Source of the DNA: Phyllobates terribilis
Taxonomy: Eukaryota
DNA length: 64,000 bases
Direction of reading: 5' to 3'
Assembly (NCBI RefSeq): GCF_046119375.1
Contig: NW_027362771.1
Coordinates: forward strand, 544,794,001-544,858,000
Every line of letters starts with the position of its first letter. Position 1 is the stretch's first letter. The position numbers were made by a program, and so were the translations under genes. Shown here piece after piece: positions 23,548 to 37,800 of this stretch. Under the pieces are notes generated by a model. That model saw only the letters and a program-made list of their open reading frames with translations, had not been told where the DNA came from and ran no database searches.

Positions 23548-23920
23548 GTAAAACTTTAGTGTCCCAAAAATGAATAGTATATAATACATAAACTACACTT
23601 GATAGAATCTGACCACTAGAAGTAGTCATTTTTCAATCTTATTAAACACTATACACAGAAAACCACAATTCCCGACATGACCTGACTCCTGTAGATGATC
23701 TTAATACAATTCAACTTCAATATACTGTATACATAGAATACTACAACTCCCAACATGACCTGACCACTGGACTATAATACAATCCTGTTATAACCTATAC
23801 ATAGTACATGTGCAGTAGATAAGTCTGAGGATTGATTGAGATACTTCATGATCTGTAGGTGACGTAGTCCTGATATCCTGAATCCAAACTAGAGCTACTG
23901 ATCCATATTCATTTCTACAG

Positions 23921-23978
23921 GAAAGGCCATTTCAAGAAAGAAATACATGGGGGTGAGGATGTTACAGCTGTCTTCGAG
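23921..23978 (+). CDS. htra4: HTRA4 exon 7 (start of PDZ domain)
   Basis: GKAISRKKYMGVRMLQLSS; 58 bp; ag/gt boundaries. Confidence 0.92.
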
Positions 23979-24197
23979 GTACAGTTTTCTTTTTGGATCA
24001 TGTGTCCTTCATAATGCACAAATACATTGTAAAGTGCATTGCTTAAATGATATGTACACCTCTGGCATGGGAAAAATGAGTTTACATATGTTAGTGGTTA
24101 CCTTTAGTTTATACAATTGCACTAAGTTACAGACTGCAATCTTCGTTGAGTTGACCACCAGGTGTAGCCTGACCCAGGCTTCAGACTATGCTCTCGT

Positions 24198-24720
24198 GGG
24201 AGTGTCTCTTCCAGTAATATAGGCTAGATGTGATATTTGTGTGTATTTATGCTGCAATCTTTATTAGCTCATAGATTAGCACTGCTTCTATCCTGCACTT
24301 ATTTCTTCTCCATGTGCTTTCCTCTTTGCCTAGAAAGCCCATTCCTTCTTGACCATCAGTTGCAGCCTGATAGTCTTTAAATTATTCTCTACTGGGAGTG
24401 TCTCTTCCAGTAATATAGGCTGGATGTGATCTCTTTGTGTATCTGTGCTGCTGTGTTCATTAGCTCATAGATTAGCACAGCTTCTATCCTGCACTTATTT
24501 CTTCTCCATGTGCTTTCCTCTTTGCCTAGAAAGCCCATTCTTTCTTGACCATCAGTTGCAGCCTGATAGTCTTTAAATTATTCTCTACTGGGAGTGTCTC
24601 TTCCAGTAATATAGGCTGGATGTGATCTCTTTGTGTATCTGTGCGGCTGTGTTCATTAGCTCATTGATTAGCACAGCTTCGATCCTGCACTTATTTCTTC
24701 TACATCTGCTTTCCTCTTTT
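24198..24720. repeat. 196-bp tandem triplication (~2.7 copies)
   Basis: ccagtaatatagg recurs at 24211, 24407 and 24603. Confidence 0.9.
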
Positions 24721-24969
24721 TCTATAGCCTGTTCTGTCTGTTCTCCTGTCCACTGCAGAACTATGTGCAATCCCCTCCCATCCCTCTTCCATCTCTAACA
24801 CTAACAGTAGGAAGAGAGAGAGAGTAAAGATTGACATCAAAACCAGGAGCAGGAGCTCTGAAGGATTTTAAACATTTCAGTCAATTACTTAGCTAGATAA
24901 AGAACTTACACTCTTCAGCAGCAAAGTGGTTGAATATTTTTAATAAGGCTATTTAGCAATTTTTACAAG

Positions 24970-25370
24970 ACAGAAGAGGAATCGACACTTTTGAAATGTG
25001 TTGCTGGAGAAGGATGCTAGCAATACCATGGATGGCAAGAAGAACAAACAAATCAATTTTGGAACATATTATGCCAGACACCCGAAGCAAGAATCACCAA
25101 GCTACGTCTTGCCTACTTTGGACACATCATACGAAGAGAGCAATCACTGGAGAAGAACATAATGGTTGGAAGAATAGAAGAAACAAGACAAAGAGGAAGA
25201 CCAGCAACCCGATAACTTGATACAATCAAGATAACTGTGAAGAAGACCCTGGTGGACCTCTCTAGGCTCGTACAAGATCGATCTTCCTACAGATCGTTCA
25301 TACATCAAGTCGCCATGGCCCGAGATTGAGCTGAAGGCCGTTAATAATGATAATAATAATAATAATAATT
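24970..25370 (+). mobile_element. RTE-clade LINE 3' end
   Basis: FEMCCWRRMLAIPWMARRTNKSIL...LRLAYFGHIIRREQSLEKNIMVGRIE...RGRP, ending in a (TAA)n tail. Confidence 0.85.
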
Positions 25371-26300
25371 TAGTAATTTACCTAAAAAAATTCTGTGCCC
25401 AAAAAATTCAGGATAGGTAATAAATATATGATCACTGCAGGTCTGACCACTTCAACCACCACCAATTACGATAATGGGGGTCCCATGCCATCTATGTAAA
25501 TGAAACAGTAGTGCGCAGTGTGACCACTGGTCCATTCACTTTTCTGAATCTATAGGAGCCTCGATTACACATGTACACAACTGCTCTATTCACAAGGGAG
25601 ACACAGGACACCCATTCTTATTATTAGTGGAGGGCCCAACCTATAGACCCCACCGATCGTACATTTATCACCTAATAATAAATGTTGTTCATGAAAGAAC
25701 ACTTTTACATTGGTTATAAACACTGGTGACAATTGAATGGGTATGGGAGCATCCCGATTGTGACCCAAAGTCTGCTGTCGGAAGGGGGACAGGATGTATT
25801 TAAACATGCCTCATCATTATTTCTCCAACAGTTTCGCTACTATAGATTACGTGAAAACATTCATGTTCAGCGAAGCCGAGTCTGCTTACTTATAGATACA
25901 GATAGATTGGTCAACCTAAGCTGTCTACATACTTCGCATAAAACTAGGCCAAACGCACCGATTTCCCCATTGTCTGCTTCTTTTATTCTTTTTGGGACTG
26001 CTGGAGATTGTGGAGATATAACTAAGGTTGGAGTGGTCAATGTACGAGTGTGGCCACTGTTCCATTACAGTGAGAGTTCAGAGCCCTGATCTCGGGAGGT
26101 GGGAGACCCAGCAGTCAGGATTCAACAGATTTGCAAGTTATTACCAATACTCTGGATAGGTGAGAACTTTTAAAGATGGGAGTAATCCTTTAAGTGAATT
26201 ACGTTCTACCACAAAAATATCTCGAAGCTTATTTCATAACTTATGAAGGTCAATGATTCCAGTGATCGAAAATTGAGGGATAATACTCTATATTTTGCAG

Positions 26301-26396
26301 TCTTATCCGTGAACTCAAGATGAGGGATAAAGATTTCCCTGATGTCAACTCTGGAGTATACGTGTTTGAGGTCATTGCGGGAACTGCAGCTGCAAG
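26301..26396 (+). CDS. htra4: HTRA4 exon 8
   Basis: LIRELKMRDKDFPDVNSGVYVFEVIAGTAAA; 96 bp; ag/gt boundaries. Confidence 0.92.
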
Positions 26397-26725
26397 GTAA
26401 AAAAACAATGACTACATGTAGTATTATTGAACATGTCAATTGTTTGGTCAGATATTTCTCCTGCAACATTCATGGTTATGTAGGGACGGACCAAGTCTAA
26501 CACAACATTGTGGTTCATCAAGGAAGGTCCCTAAAGGATGACACCCATCCTCTATGATGTTCATATTAAGTGACAGTGGTGTTTTTTGTCCTTATCTCTC
26601 CAATATTACAGCTCTTGACTTTCCACTTTGGTCACAATGCCTAATAGGTTTATTTCTAAATAGCCTGGTTCTTAAAGTCACAGGTGGGATTGTAAAACTA
26701 AATAAATATACATTACATGTGCGTT

Positions 26726-26781
<56 letters not shown>

Positions 26782-26783
<2 letters not shown>

Positions 26784-28408
26784 ATACTGACCAAAAGTTC
26801 ACACTTTCTCATTTAAAGATTTTTCTGTATTTTCATGACTATGAAAATTGTACATTCACACTGAAGGCATCAAAACTATGAATTAACACATGTGGAATTA
26901 TATACTTAACAAAAAAGTGTGAAACAACTGAAAATATGTCTTATATTCTAGGTTCTTCAAAGTAGCCACCTTTTGCTTTGATGACTGCTTTGCACACTCT
27001 TGGCATTCTCTTGATGAGCTTCAAGAGGTAGTCACCGGAAATGGTTTTCACTTCACAGGTGTGCCCTGTCAGGTTTAATAAGTGGGATTTCTTGCCTTAT
27101 AAATGGGGTTGGGACCATCAGTTGTGTTGTGCAGAAGTCTGGTGGATACACAGCTGATAGTCCTACTGAATAGACTGTTAGAATTTGTATTATGGCAAGA
27201 AAAAAGCAGCTAAGTAAAGAAAAACGAGTGGCCATCATTACTTTAAGAAATGAAGGTCAGTCAGTCCGAAAAATTGGGCAAACTTTGAAAGTGTCCCCAA
27301 GTGCAGTTGCAAAAACCATCAAGCGCTACAAAGAAACTGGCTCACATGAGGACCGCCCGAGGAAAGGAAGACCAAGAGTCACCTCTGCTTCTGAGGATAA
27401 GTTTATCCGAGTCACTAGCCTCAGAAATCGCAGGTTAACAGCAGCTCAGATTAGAGACCAGGTCAGTGCCACACAGAGTTCTAGCAGCAGACACATCTCT
27501 ACAACAACTGTTAAGAGGAGACTTTGTGCAGCAGGCCTTCATGGTAAAATAGCTGCTAGGAAACCACTGCTAAGGACAGGCAACAAGCAGAAGAGACTTG
27601 TTTGGGCTAAAGAACACAAGGAATGGACATTAGACCAGTGGAAATCTTTGCTTTGGTCTGATGAGTCCAAATTTGAGTTCTTTGGTTCCAATCACCATGT
27701 CTTTGTGTGACGCAGAAAAGGTGAACGGATGGACTCTACATGCCTGGTTCCCACCGTGAAGCATGGAGGAGGAGATGTGATGGTGTGGGGGTGCTTTGCT
27801 GGTGACACTGTTGGGGATTTATTCAAAATTGAAGGCATACTGAACCAGCATGGCTACCACAGCATCTCGCAGCGGCATGCTATTCCATCCGGTTTGCGTT
27901 TTAGTTGGACCATCATTTATTTTTCAACAGGACAATGACCCCAAACACACCTCCAGGCTGTGTAAGGGCTATTTGACCAAGAGTGAGAGTGATGGGGTTC
28001 TACGCCAGATGACCTGGCCTCCACAGTCACCAGACCTGAACCCAATCGAGATGGTTTGGGGTGAGCTGGACCGCAGAGTGAAGGCAAAAGGGCCAACAAG
28101 TGCTAAGCATCTTTGGGAACTCCTTCAAGATTGTTGGAAGACCATTTCTGGTGACTACCTCTTGAAGCTCATCAAGAGAATGCCAAGAGTGTGCAAAGCA
28201 GTCATCAAAGCAAAAGGTGGCTACTTTGAAGAACCTAGGATATAAGATATATTTTCAGTTGTTTCACACTTTTTTGTTAAGTATATAATTCCACATGTGT
28301 TAATTCATTGTTTTGATGCCTTCAGTGTGAATGTACAATTTTCATAGTCATGAAAATACAGAAAAATCTTTAAATGAGAAGGTGTGTCCAAACTTTTGGT
28401 CTGTACTG
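26782..28408 (+). mobile_element. Tc1-superfamily transposon, DD38E type, copy 1 (defective)
   Basis: ~270-bp TIRs; TA at the right flank. Transposase 27192-28245 has a TGA at 27708 and a +1 frameshift at ~27900. Confidence 0.92.
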
Positions 28409-28853
28409 TATGTATATGTATATATATATATATATATATACATATACAATGTGGTAAAGTGAATTGCTCAGCTCTCACATAGGCAGACGCAGGAAACACT
28501 TCTTTGGTTAACATCCTGCTGATTTATTAATACATTGCATAAACCACGGCAGGATTCCACAAAATAAACACGGCCTCTACGAGATAATGGAAAAACAAAA
28601 AAGATAAAGTATAGTACAGTTCATAGGCAAGCGAGGTTTTTCCCGCTCCAGGTAGCACAATAGGGTTGTGCCCCAAAGAAAAAAACAGTGGCTGAGCATT
28701 TAACTTCTCCAGCCACACCGTTGAGGTGGAGATATGGTGAGTAGGTGTCCCGCCCATCTCAGACCTACTCACAAAGAACCAGACCCAAAATGGCTGATTA
28801 ACATCTTCAGCACCTAACATGCTGAAGAAACTTCTAGGTTCAGTTCACTGAAG

Positions 28854-30388
28854 CTAGTAGCCGCAGTGAAACATAGCTTCCCTCACATACATCACCAAAC
28901 TGTTGGCAGCCTTGAAATTGTCACATATTCCCCCCATCTGCCCAAAGCCCGGGGTTTTGGCACCTTCAATCACCAGACAGGGAATTCTAGAGAGAGCATC
29001 AGCATTACTATGTAACTTCCCGGGCCTATGCTCCACGTGAAAACTAAAGTCTTGGAGACCTAAAAACCACCTAGTCACCCGGGCATTCTTACCCTTCTTT
29101 TCCCTTAACCATCTCAAAGGGGCATGGTCCGACACTAGTTTAAATTTTCGGCCTAGTAGGTAATATCTCAGCGTATCTACGGCCCATTTTATGCCTAAGC
29201 ATTCTTTCTCTATTATCGCATAGTTTTTCTCACAGGAAGAGAGTTTCCGGCTCAAATACAGGATGGGATGTTCCTCCCCATTTATCTCTTGGGACAGCAC
29301 GGCTCCTAGAACAACTTCTGAAGTGTCTGGACCACAAATTCTTTATTAAAGTCTGGTGCGACCAGGACCGGCTGCTTACACAGTGCCAGCTTCAGCTGTT
29401 GGAACGCCGTCTCCATCTCATCCGTTCATTTCGCAATTGTTGTATTGGTGCCTTTGAGAAGATCAGTAAGTGGCACGGCCATCATGGCAAAATTTGGGAT
29501 AAACCACTGGTAATATCCCACAATTACAAGAAATGATCTCACCTGCTTCTTGGAGAGCGGTTGAGGCCAGTTCTGGATTGCCTCAACCTTATTTACTTGT
29601 GGATTAATTTCGCCTCTCCGATGACATAGCCTAAGTAATTGGCCTCCTCCTTCCCAATGGCACATTTTGTCAGATTTATAGTAAATCCAGCCTTCCTCAG
29701 AGCGTGCAGAATCGCCTTTACCTATGGTAGATAACTAGACAAGTCTTAGCTAAAGACCACAATGTCATCAAGGTAGGCTGCGGCATATTTCTTATGTGGG
29801 GCTAAGATCCGATCCATGGCCCTCTGAAAGGTGGCTGGGGCCCCCAGCAGTCTGAAAGGCATTTGAGTGTATTGGAAACACTCATCAGGTGTTGAGAAAG
29901 CCGTCTTCTCCTTGGCCCTCTGGGAAATGGGGATCTGCCAGTAGCCCTTCGTAAGGTCGAGGGTGATAATATACCTCGCAGGTCCAAGCCTCTCAATGAG
30001 TTCATCGACACGGGGCATCAGGTATGCATCACACAGGGATACCTCATTCAGCTTGCGGTAGTCATTACAAAATTTCCACTCCCTGTTGGGCTTTGGCACG
30101 AGAACGATGGGACTCAACCATCCACTTTTACTCCTCTATCACACCGAGGTCTAACATTCTCTTCACCTCGGTTGAGATCACCTCACGGTGTGCTTCTGGA
30201 ATCCAATAGGGCTCCAGGTTCACACTTATATGTGGCTCTGTCAACACATCATGCTCTACCACCTGCGTATGCCCCTTCAACTCCGAGAACAAGTCACGAT
30301 TCTGCTGCAGCAGTTCTCGACACTGTTGCTTCTGTGCCGGCAATAGATTCTCTGCTATCGTGACATCCTCCACCTTGGCTTCGGCCAC
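28854..30388 (-). pseudogene. Gypsy RT and RNase H (frameshifted)
   Basis: SPIVLVPK..CNDYRKLN..LDLTKGYWQ..YLDDIV; HPILYLSRKL..EKECLGIKWA..SDHAPL. Confidence 0.92.
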
Positions 30389-30439
30389 TTAGGCTAGGAG
30401 CTCCCACTGGTTCCCGATCCCGTCACGGACTGAGCAAGT

Positions 30440-31769
30440 TCACATGATATATCTGGTGCGTTTTCTTCGGCCAGGCTGGTGGACTTTATAATTAACTTTG
30501 CTGAGTTTCTCCACCACCTCATATGGGCCTTGCCACTTGGCCAGAAACTTTCTTTCGACTTTGGGGATTAGCACCAGAACACGGTCCCCAGGCTGGAACT
30601 GCCTCAGCCTCGCTGATCGGATATATACACTTGACTGGACCTCCTTTGCCTGGAGGAGATGCACCTTCACGATAGGCATCACTTTTGCGATTCTATCCTG
30701 CATGTGGGCGACATGCTCTATGATGCTCCGGTGGAGCGTAACTTCAGCTTCCCAGGTTTCCTTGGCAATATCCAGGAGCTCTCGCAGATGTTGGCCATAC
30801 AGTAGCTCAAACGGGGAGAAACCAGTAGAGGCTTGCGGAACCTCCCTTACAGAGAAGAGCAGGAATGGCAGCAGGTAGTCCCAGTCTCGACCATCCTTCT
30901 CAATGACTTGAGGTTCGCAGTTGGGCAATCTGGAGGACCTTACACATCTCCTTCATTACCTTGCTCATGAATGGGGTTCTTTGGTCGGTTAATATCTCCT
31001 TCGGCAGTCCGGTCCTGGCAAATATATGGACAAGTTCCTGGGCTATGCTCCTACTCGATGAGTTCCTTAGTGGTACCGCTTCTGGGTACTGGGTCGCATA
31101 GTCCATGACCACCAGGATATATTGGTGGCCCTGTGCCAATTTAATTAAGGGACCCACTAGGTCTATGGCAATCCTCTCAAAGGGAATCTCTATCACAGGT
31201 AGTGGGATTAGAGAACTACGGAAGTGGGAAGAGGCAGCAGTGATCTGGCAGGTGGGGCACGACTTACAATAGTTTAGGATCTCCCAGTGACACCCTGGCC
31301 AATAGAACCTCCTCATTATCCTCTCCCAAGTTTTCTCGACCCCCAAGTGTCCCCCCAGAACATGTGAATGGGCCATATCTAATACCCTCCATTGGTATGG
31401 CCCTGGAACTAACAGCTGTTCCACTGTCTCACCACCCCTTAGTTTGCTTACCCGATACAATAACTCCCCCTGAAGAGCAAAGTGTGGGAACCTAGTGTAG
31501 GCCCCCGGCTCTTGAGAAACCCCATTACAGACAGTAGCCTGGTTAAATGCCCCCTTTAAGGTCAGGTCCCGAACTTGAGTAGTCCCAAAATTCTCTCCGG
31601 ACACTTTGAACTCAGGGAGGTCGGCCTCCTTGGTCACCGACTCGTCCTCATTGCCGGCAAGGACACACAGGGGGAACTCATCCACTTGTGATTTCGACGC
31701 TGGTTCTTCTCTAGTGACCTGGCTTTTGTCCACGTGACTCAATATAGTACCTTTTCCCACAAGTTCCAA
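30440..31769 (-). pseudogene. Gypsy integrase (H2C2 zinc finger, core, GPY/F)
   Basis: HSHVLGGHLG..CKSCPTCQ; IAIDLVGPL; ILTDQRTPF; KWQGPYEV. Confidence 0.92.
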
Positions 31770-33093
31770 AACAAGGAAAAATCAGGGCCCAATATGACGG
31801 GATGTATCAGGTCCTTGACCACCCCGACCTCATGGGACTGGACACCACAGTCTGTTCCCACGGTCACTCTGGCCACAGGGTAGTCCTTGGCGTCCCCATG
31901 TATACAGCTAATGCCCACGGTTTTGGCGGGTACCAACTGGTGGGGAATGGTAGCACTGATTAGGGTCACCACTCCGAATCCAACAGCCAAGCACCCTCAG
32001 CCCATTCATGGGCACGGCAGACGCTTACGGCCTCTCTCTGGGTTGACAGTCCACACTACAGGCCGGATAGGCGTAATAGGAACAACGCCGGCCTAGGCTG
32101 CAGTCCATTGGTCCAAGGGACATATGACACCGGGCGGCTAAGTGTCCAGGATTGTGACAACTCCAACAGACCACATGCTTAACAACAGTCTTTGTGGGAC
32201 CCTCAGTGGAATTGGGATGCCCCCCAGTTGTGGCTCTAGACCCCCTACGTGGTGAACCTGCCCTCCTTTGGGTATTCCAGTACGGGTAAGTGACTATGTC
32301 TAGTTACCTCAGGGATTTCTCAACCACCTGGTACCTCTCTACTAGGCCGACGAGGTCGTCCGCGTTCTGAGGGTCACCCTGGGCAACCCAAGTCTGTACC
32401 GACCTGGGAAGGGAGTGTATGAATCTGTCAATCACCACCCGCTTGACCATCTGGGCAGGAGTGGAAGACTCTGGATGCAACCACTTCTAGACTAGCTGCA
32501 GTAAGTCAAACATCTGCGAACGAGGGGGGTTTGTAGCCGGCATACACCCAGTGGTGGACTCGTGGGGCGCTCACTGCCATAGTCACTCCAGGTGTGCCAA
32601 GATTTCTGTCTTTAGTTTGGCATATTCCTTGGCATCCTGCAGTGCTAAGTCATAATATACCTTTTGGAGTTCACTCAACAAATATGGTGCCAGAACCTCT
32701 GCCCCCTCTCAAAGACTGTCAGAAAGGCTTCTACATCATGCCCTGGGGTCATCTTCTGCATGGCCCGTCTTACCGCCTTCCTGACACGTGAGTCATCAGC
32801 CGGACCTGGGGGTGGGGCGATCAGTCTGCCCTGGATGCCGCTGCGCTTTCTGCTGCAACTGGATCTGTTGTAGCAACAGCTTGGTTGTTTCCTGATGAGC
32901 TTGCTGCTGCTGCAGAAGCTGTTGCTGCTGTAGCTCCTGGTGCTGTTGTAGCTGCTGCAGGTGCTGTTGCTGCTGGCTCTGGACTAGATGCTTTATGAGC
33001 CCCTCCATGCTGCCAGACATCTCTTGCTGGCTGGCGGACTTCACCCAGGACATCCACCATTCTCTGTGGCTGGTACATGAATTCCTGGAATCT

Positions 33094-33112
33094 TGCCCGC
33101 ACTCTCGCACCA
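33094..33112 (-). promoter_or_regulatory. Primer-binding site, probably tRNA-Ala(AGC)
   Basis: Minus strand TGGTGCGAGAGTGCGGGCA is a near complement of the recalled vertebrate tRNA-Ala 3' end GCCCGCATTCTCCACCA. Confidence 0.6.
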
Positions 33113-33611
33113 ACTGTGGTAAAGCGACTTGCTTAGCTCTCACAGAGGCAGACACAGGAAACGCTTCTTCGGTTAACTTCTTGCTGGTTAACCACAAAAT
33201 AAACATGGCCTCTCCGAGATAATGGAAAAACAAAAAGATAAAGTATAGTACAGTTCATAGGCGAGCGGGGTTTCGCCCGCTCCTGGTAGCACAACAGGAT
33301 TTCACCACAAAGTCCTTCTGTGGAGCTCTCTCGCTTCCACACACGCACAGTCTGGAGACTTCCTTCTCCAAACCACACACCCCCAGAGAAAAAAAACAGT
33401 GGCTGAGCATTTAACTTCTCCAGCCATACCCTTGAGGTGGAGGTGTCCCGCTCATCTCAGACCTAGTCACAAAGAACCAGACCCAAAATGGTTGATTTAA
33501 CCTCTTCAGCACCTAACATGCTGAAGAAACTTCTAAGTTCAGTTCACGGAAGCTAGTAGCCGCAGTGAAACATATCTTCCCTCACAAAGATCACCAGTGA
33601 TTCTGTCACAA

Positions 33612-35135
<1,524 letters not shown>

Positions 35136-35528
35136 GAGAGAGAGAAAACATATAATATATAACACAGAATCCACCATTCACAATAGATGATCATCACAGA
35201 TCACCTCCTACCCCTCCATGCGCCATGTCCTCTGCACAAAGCACATCTACAAAACTCTCCCATAAAAGTCAATCATCATTTCTTGTCTGTTGCTGTGTAA
35301 GGTCTATGTGGCTGCTAAAAAGCATACTTATAAATTCTAACGCAAAATATCATTCCCTGAATCATGTACAAGGGACATCATAACGCAATCATGCCGTCGC
35401 AGAGCCTAGTAAGCACAAGAAGTGCCCAGGATGCAGAAGTGAAGACAGCCCTGGTCCAGCTGTAATGGAGCACCGGACTGGATGCTGGATCATGGCAGAA
35501 TTAATCTTTTTGCTCAACTCTAATTATA

Positions 35529-37514
35529 CAGTGGGTACGGAAAGTATTCAGACCCCTTTAAATTTTTCACTCTGTTTCATTGCAGCCATTTGATAAATTC
35601 TAAAAAGTACATTTTTTTTCTCATTAAAGTACACTCTGCACTCCATCTTGACTGAAAAAAAACAGAAATGTAGAAATTTTTGCAAATTTATTAAAAAAGA
35701 AAAACTGAAATATCACATGGTCATTAGTATTCAGACCCTTTTCTTAGTATTGAGTAGAAACACCCTTTTGAGCTAGTACAGCCATGAATCTTCTTGGGAA
35801 TGATGCAACACGTTTAAAACACACCTGGACTTGGGGATCCTCTCCCATTCTTCCTTGCAGATCCTCTCCAGTTCCTTCAGGTTGGATGGTGAACGTTGGT
35901 GGACAGCCATTTTCAGGTCTCTCCAGTGATGCTCAATTGGGTTTAGGTCAGGGCTCCGGCTGGCCAGTCAAGAATGGTCACAGAGTTGTTCTGAAGCCAC
36001 TCCTTTGTGATTTTAGCTGTGTGCTTAGGGTCATTGTATTTTTGGAAGGTGAACCTTCAGCCAAGTCTGAGGTCCAGAGCACTCTGGAAGAGGTTTTCAT
36101 CCAGGATATCTCTGTACTTGGCCGCATACATGTTTCCTTCAATTACAACCAGTCGTCCTGTCCCTGCAGCTGAAAAACACCCCCATAGCATGATGCTGCC
36201 ACCACGTTTCACTGTTGGGATTGTATTGGGCAGGTGATGAGCAGAGCCTGTTTTTTTTCCCCACACATACCGCTTAAAATTATCACCAAACAGTTCTATC
36301 TTCGTCTCATTAGACCAGAGAATTTTATTTCTCATAGTCTGGGAGTCCTTCATGTGTTTTTGAGGAAACTCTATGCAGGCTTTCATATGTGTTGCACTAA
36401 GGAGAGGTTTCTGTCGGGCCACTCTGCCACAAAGGCCCGACTGGTGGAAGGATGTAGTGATAGTTGACTTTGTGGAACTTTCTCCCATCTCCCTACTGCA
36501 TCTCTGGAGCTCAGCCACAGTGATCTTGGGGTTCTTCTTTACCTCTCTCACCAAGATTCTTCTCCCACGATTGCTCAGTTTGGCTGAACAGCCAGGTCTA
36601 GGAAGACTTCTGGTGGTTCCAAACTTCTTCCATTTAAGGATTATGGCAGCCACTGTGCTCTTAGGAACCTTGTGTAATGCAGAAATTCTTTTGTAACCTT
36701 GGCCAGATCTGTACCTTGCCACAATTCTGTCTCTGACCTCCTTGGACAGTTCCTTTGAGCTCATGATTCTTATTTGGTCTGCCATGCACTGTGAGCTGTG
36801 AGGTCTTATATAGACAGGTGTGTGCCTTTCCAAATCAAGTCCTATCAGTTTAATTAAACACACTCCAATGAAGGAGTAGAACCATTTCAAGGAGGTACAT
36901 GCAAAAAGTCAATAGTAGCCAGGGATCCGCACGGAAATGAGGGAGGCACACCCTCCTGCAATCACTTGGAACCAAAACAAATAAAGTCCAGCGGAGGAAC
37001 CCTTATTTTGGCATTTTTCTTAAAATCTTTTTATTCTTCAACAATCCTTAAAAGAACATCATTCCTTTTCGGACCAGGTATGTACAGACAGTGGGCACTT
37101 TATGGCAGTATAGAGGACACAGCTGTCTAGGAACAGATTACGCGTTTCAACTGTATAGGTCTAGGTCTCAGAAGAGGACCTATATGGTTGAAACGCGTAG
37201 TCTGTTCCTAGACAGCTGTGTCCTCTATACGATTTCCAAAGGATTTCAAAGAGGATCACAAGTAATTGGACAGCATGCGACTTAAATATGAGTGTCTGAG
37301 AAAAGGGTCTGAATACTTATAACCATGTGATATTTCAGTTTTTCTTTTTTAATAAATTTGCAAAAATTTCTACATTTCTGTTTTAATGCAGTCAAGATGG
37401 GGTGCAGAGTGTACTTTAATGAGAAAAAATGAACTTTTTAGAATTTACCAAATGGCTGCAATGAAACAAAGAGTGAAAAATTTAAAGGGGTCTGAATACT
37501 TTCCATACCCACTG
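35529..37514 (-). mobile_element. Tc1 transposon (third family), defective
   Basis: TA-CAGTGGGTACGGAAAGTATTCAGACCCC...TA, with ~215-bp TIRs. Transposase MSSKELSKEVRDRIV...WSNETKIELFG...GSIMLWGCFS. Carries an insertion at 36896-37242. Confidence 0.9.
36896..37242. mobile_element. Penelope-like fold-back insertion with degenerate HHR
   Basis: Palindrome 37108-37230 with GAAACGCGTA on both strands. TSD atttcaaggagg / atttcaaagagg. Confidence 0.7.
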
Positions 37515-37634
37515 TATATAAATTTAAAACGTTTTTTTTTGGTACCTTTTTTTTCTATGCTAGGCCCTTTGCACTGAGTAGATATATTCCTAAAATATCA
37601 TATCTAATATGTTTATTATCACTGTCTCCCGCAG

Positions 37635-37800
37635 TGCTGGTATGAAGGATCATGACGTGATCATCAGCATTAATGGAAGAACGGTGAGCACTACAGAGGA
37701 CGTTAGTGAAGCCGTGAAGATTAGTGAGACACTATCCATTGTGGTACGACGGGGCAATGAAGACATCATTCTCAATGTAGTGCCAGAGGAGATGGGCTAG
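37635..37800 (+). CDS. htra4: HTRA4 exon 9 (PDZ C-terminus and stop)
   Basis: AGMKDHDVIISINGRTVSTTEDVSEAVKISETLSIVVRRGNEDIILNVVPEEMG*. Confidence 0.95.

Larger units (their letters stand above)
28450..33610 (-). mobile_element. Full-length Gmr1-like Gypsy LTR retrotransposon (degenerate)
   Basis: LTRs 28450-28925 and 33115-33610; PBS 33094-33112; PPT 28926-28943. Order gag (SCAN-like, CCHC)-PR-IN-RT-RH. TSD acaa/acag. Confidence 0.92.

Noticed and set aside
25560-26090. ORFs of 73 and 118 aa in HTRA4 intron 7
   Set aside because: No recognisable domain; flanked by MITE fragments.
27657-27680. CTGATGAGTCC in the Tc1 copies (also ~42197 and ~48229) resembles a hammerhead start
   Set aside because: It encodes the WSDESKF transposase motif; no paired stem II followed by GAAA, and no stem I.
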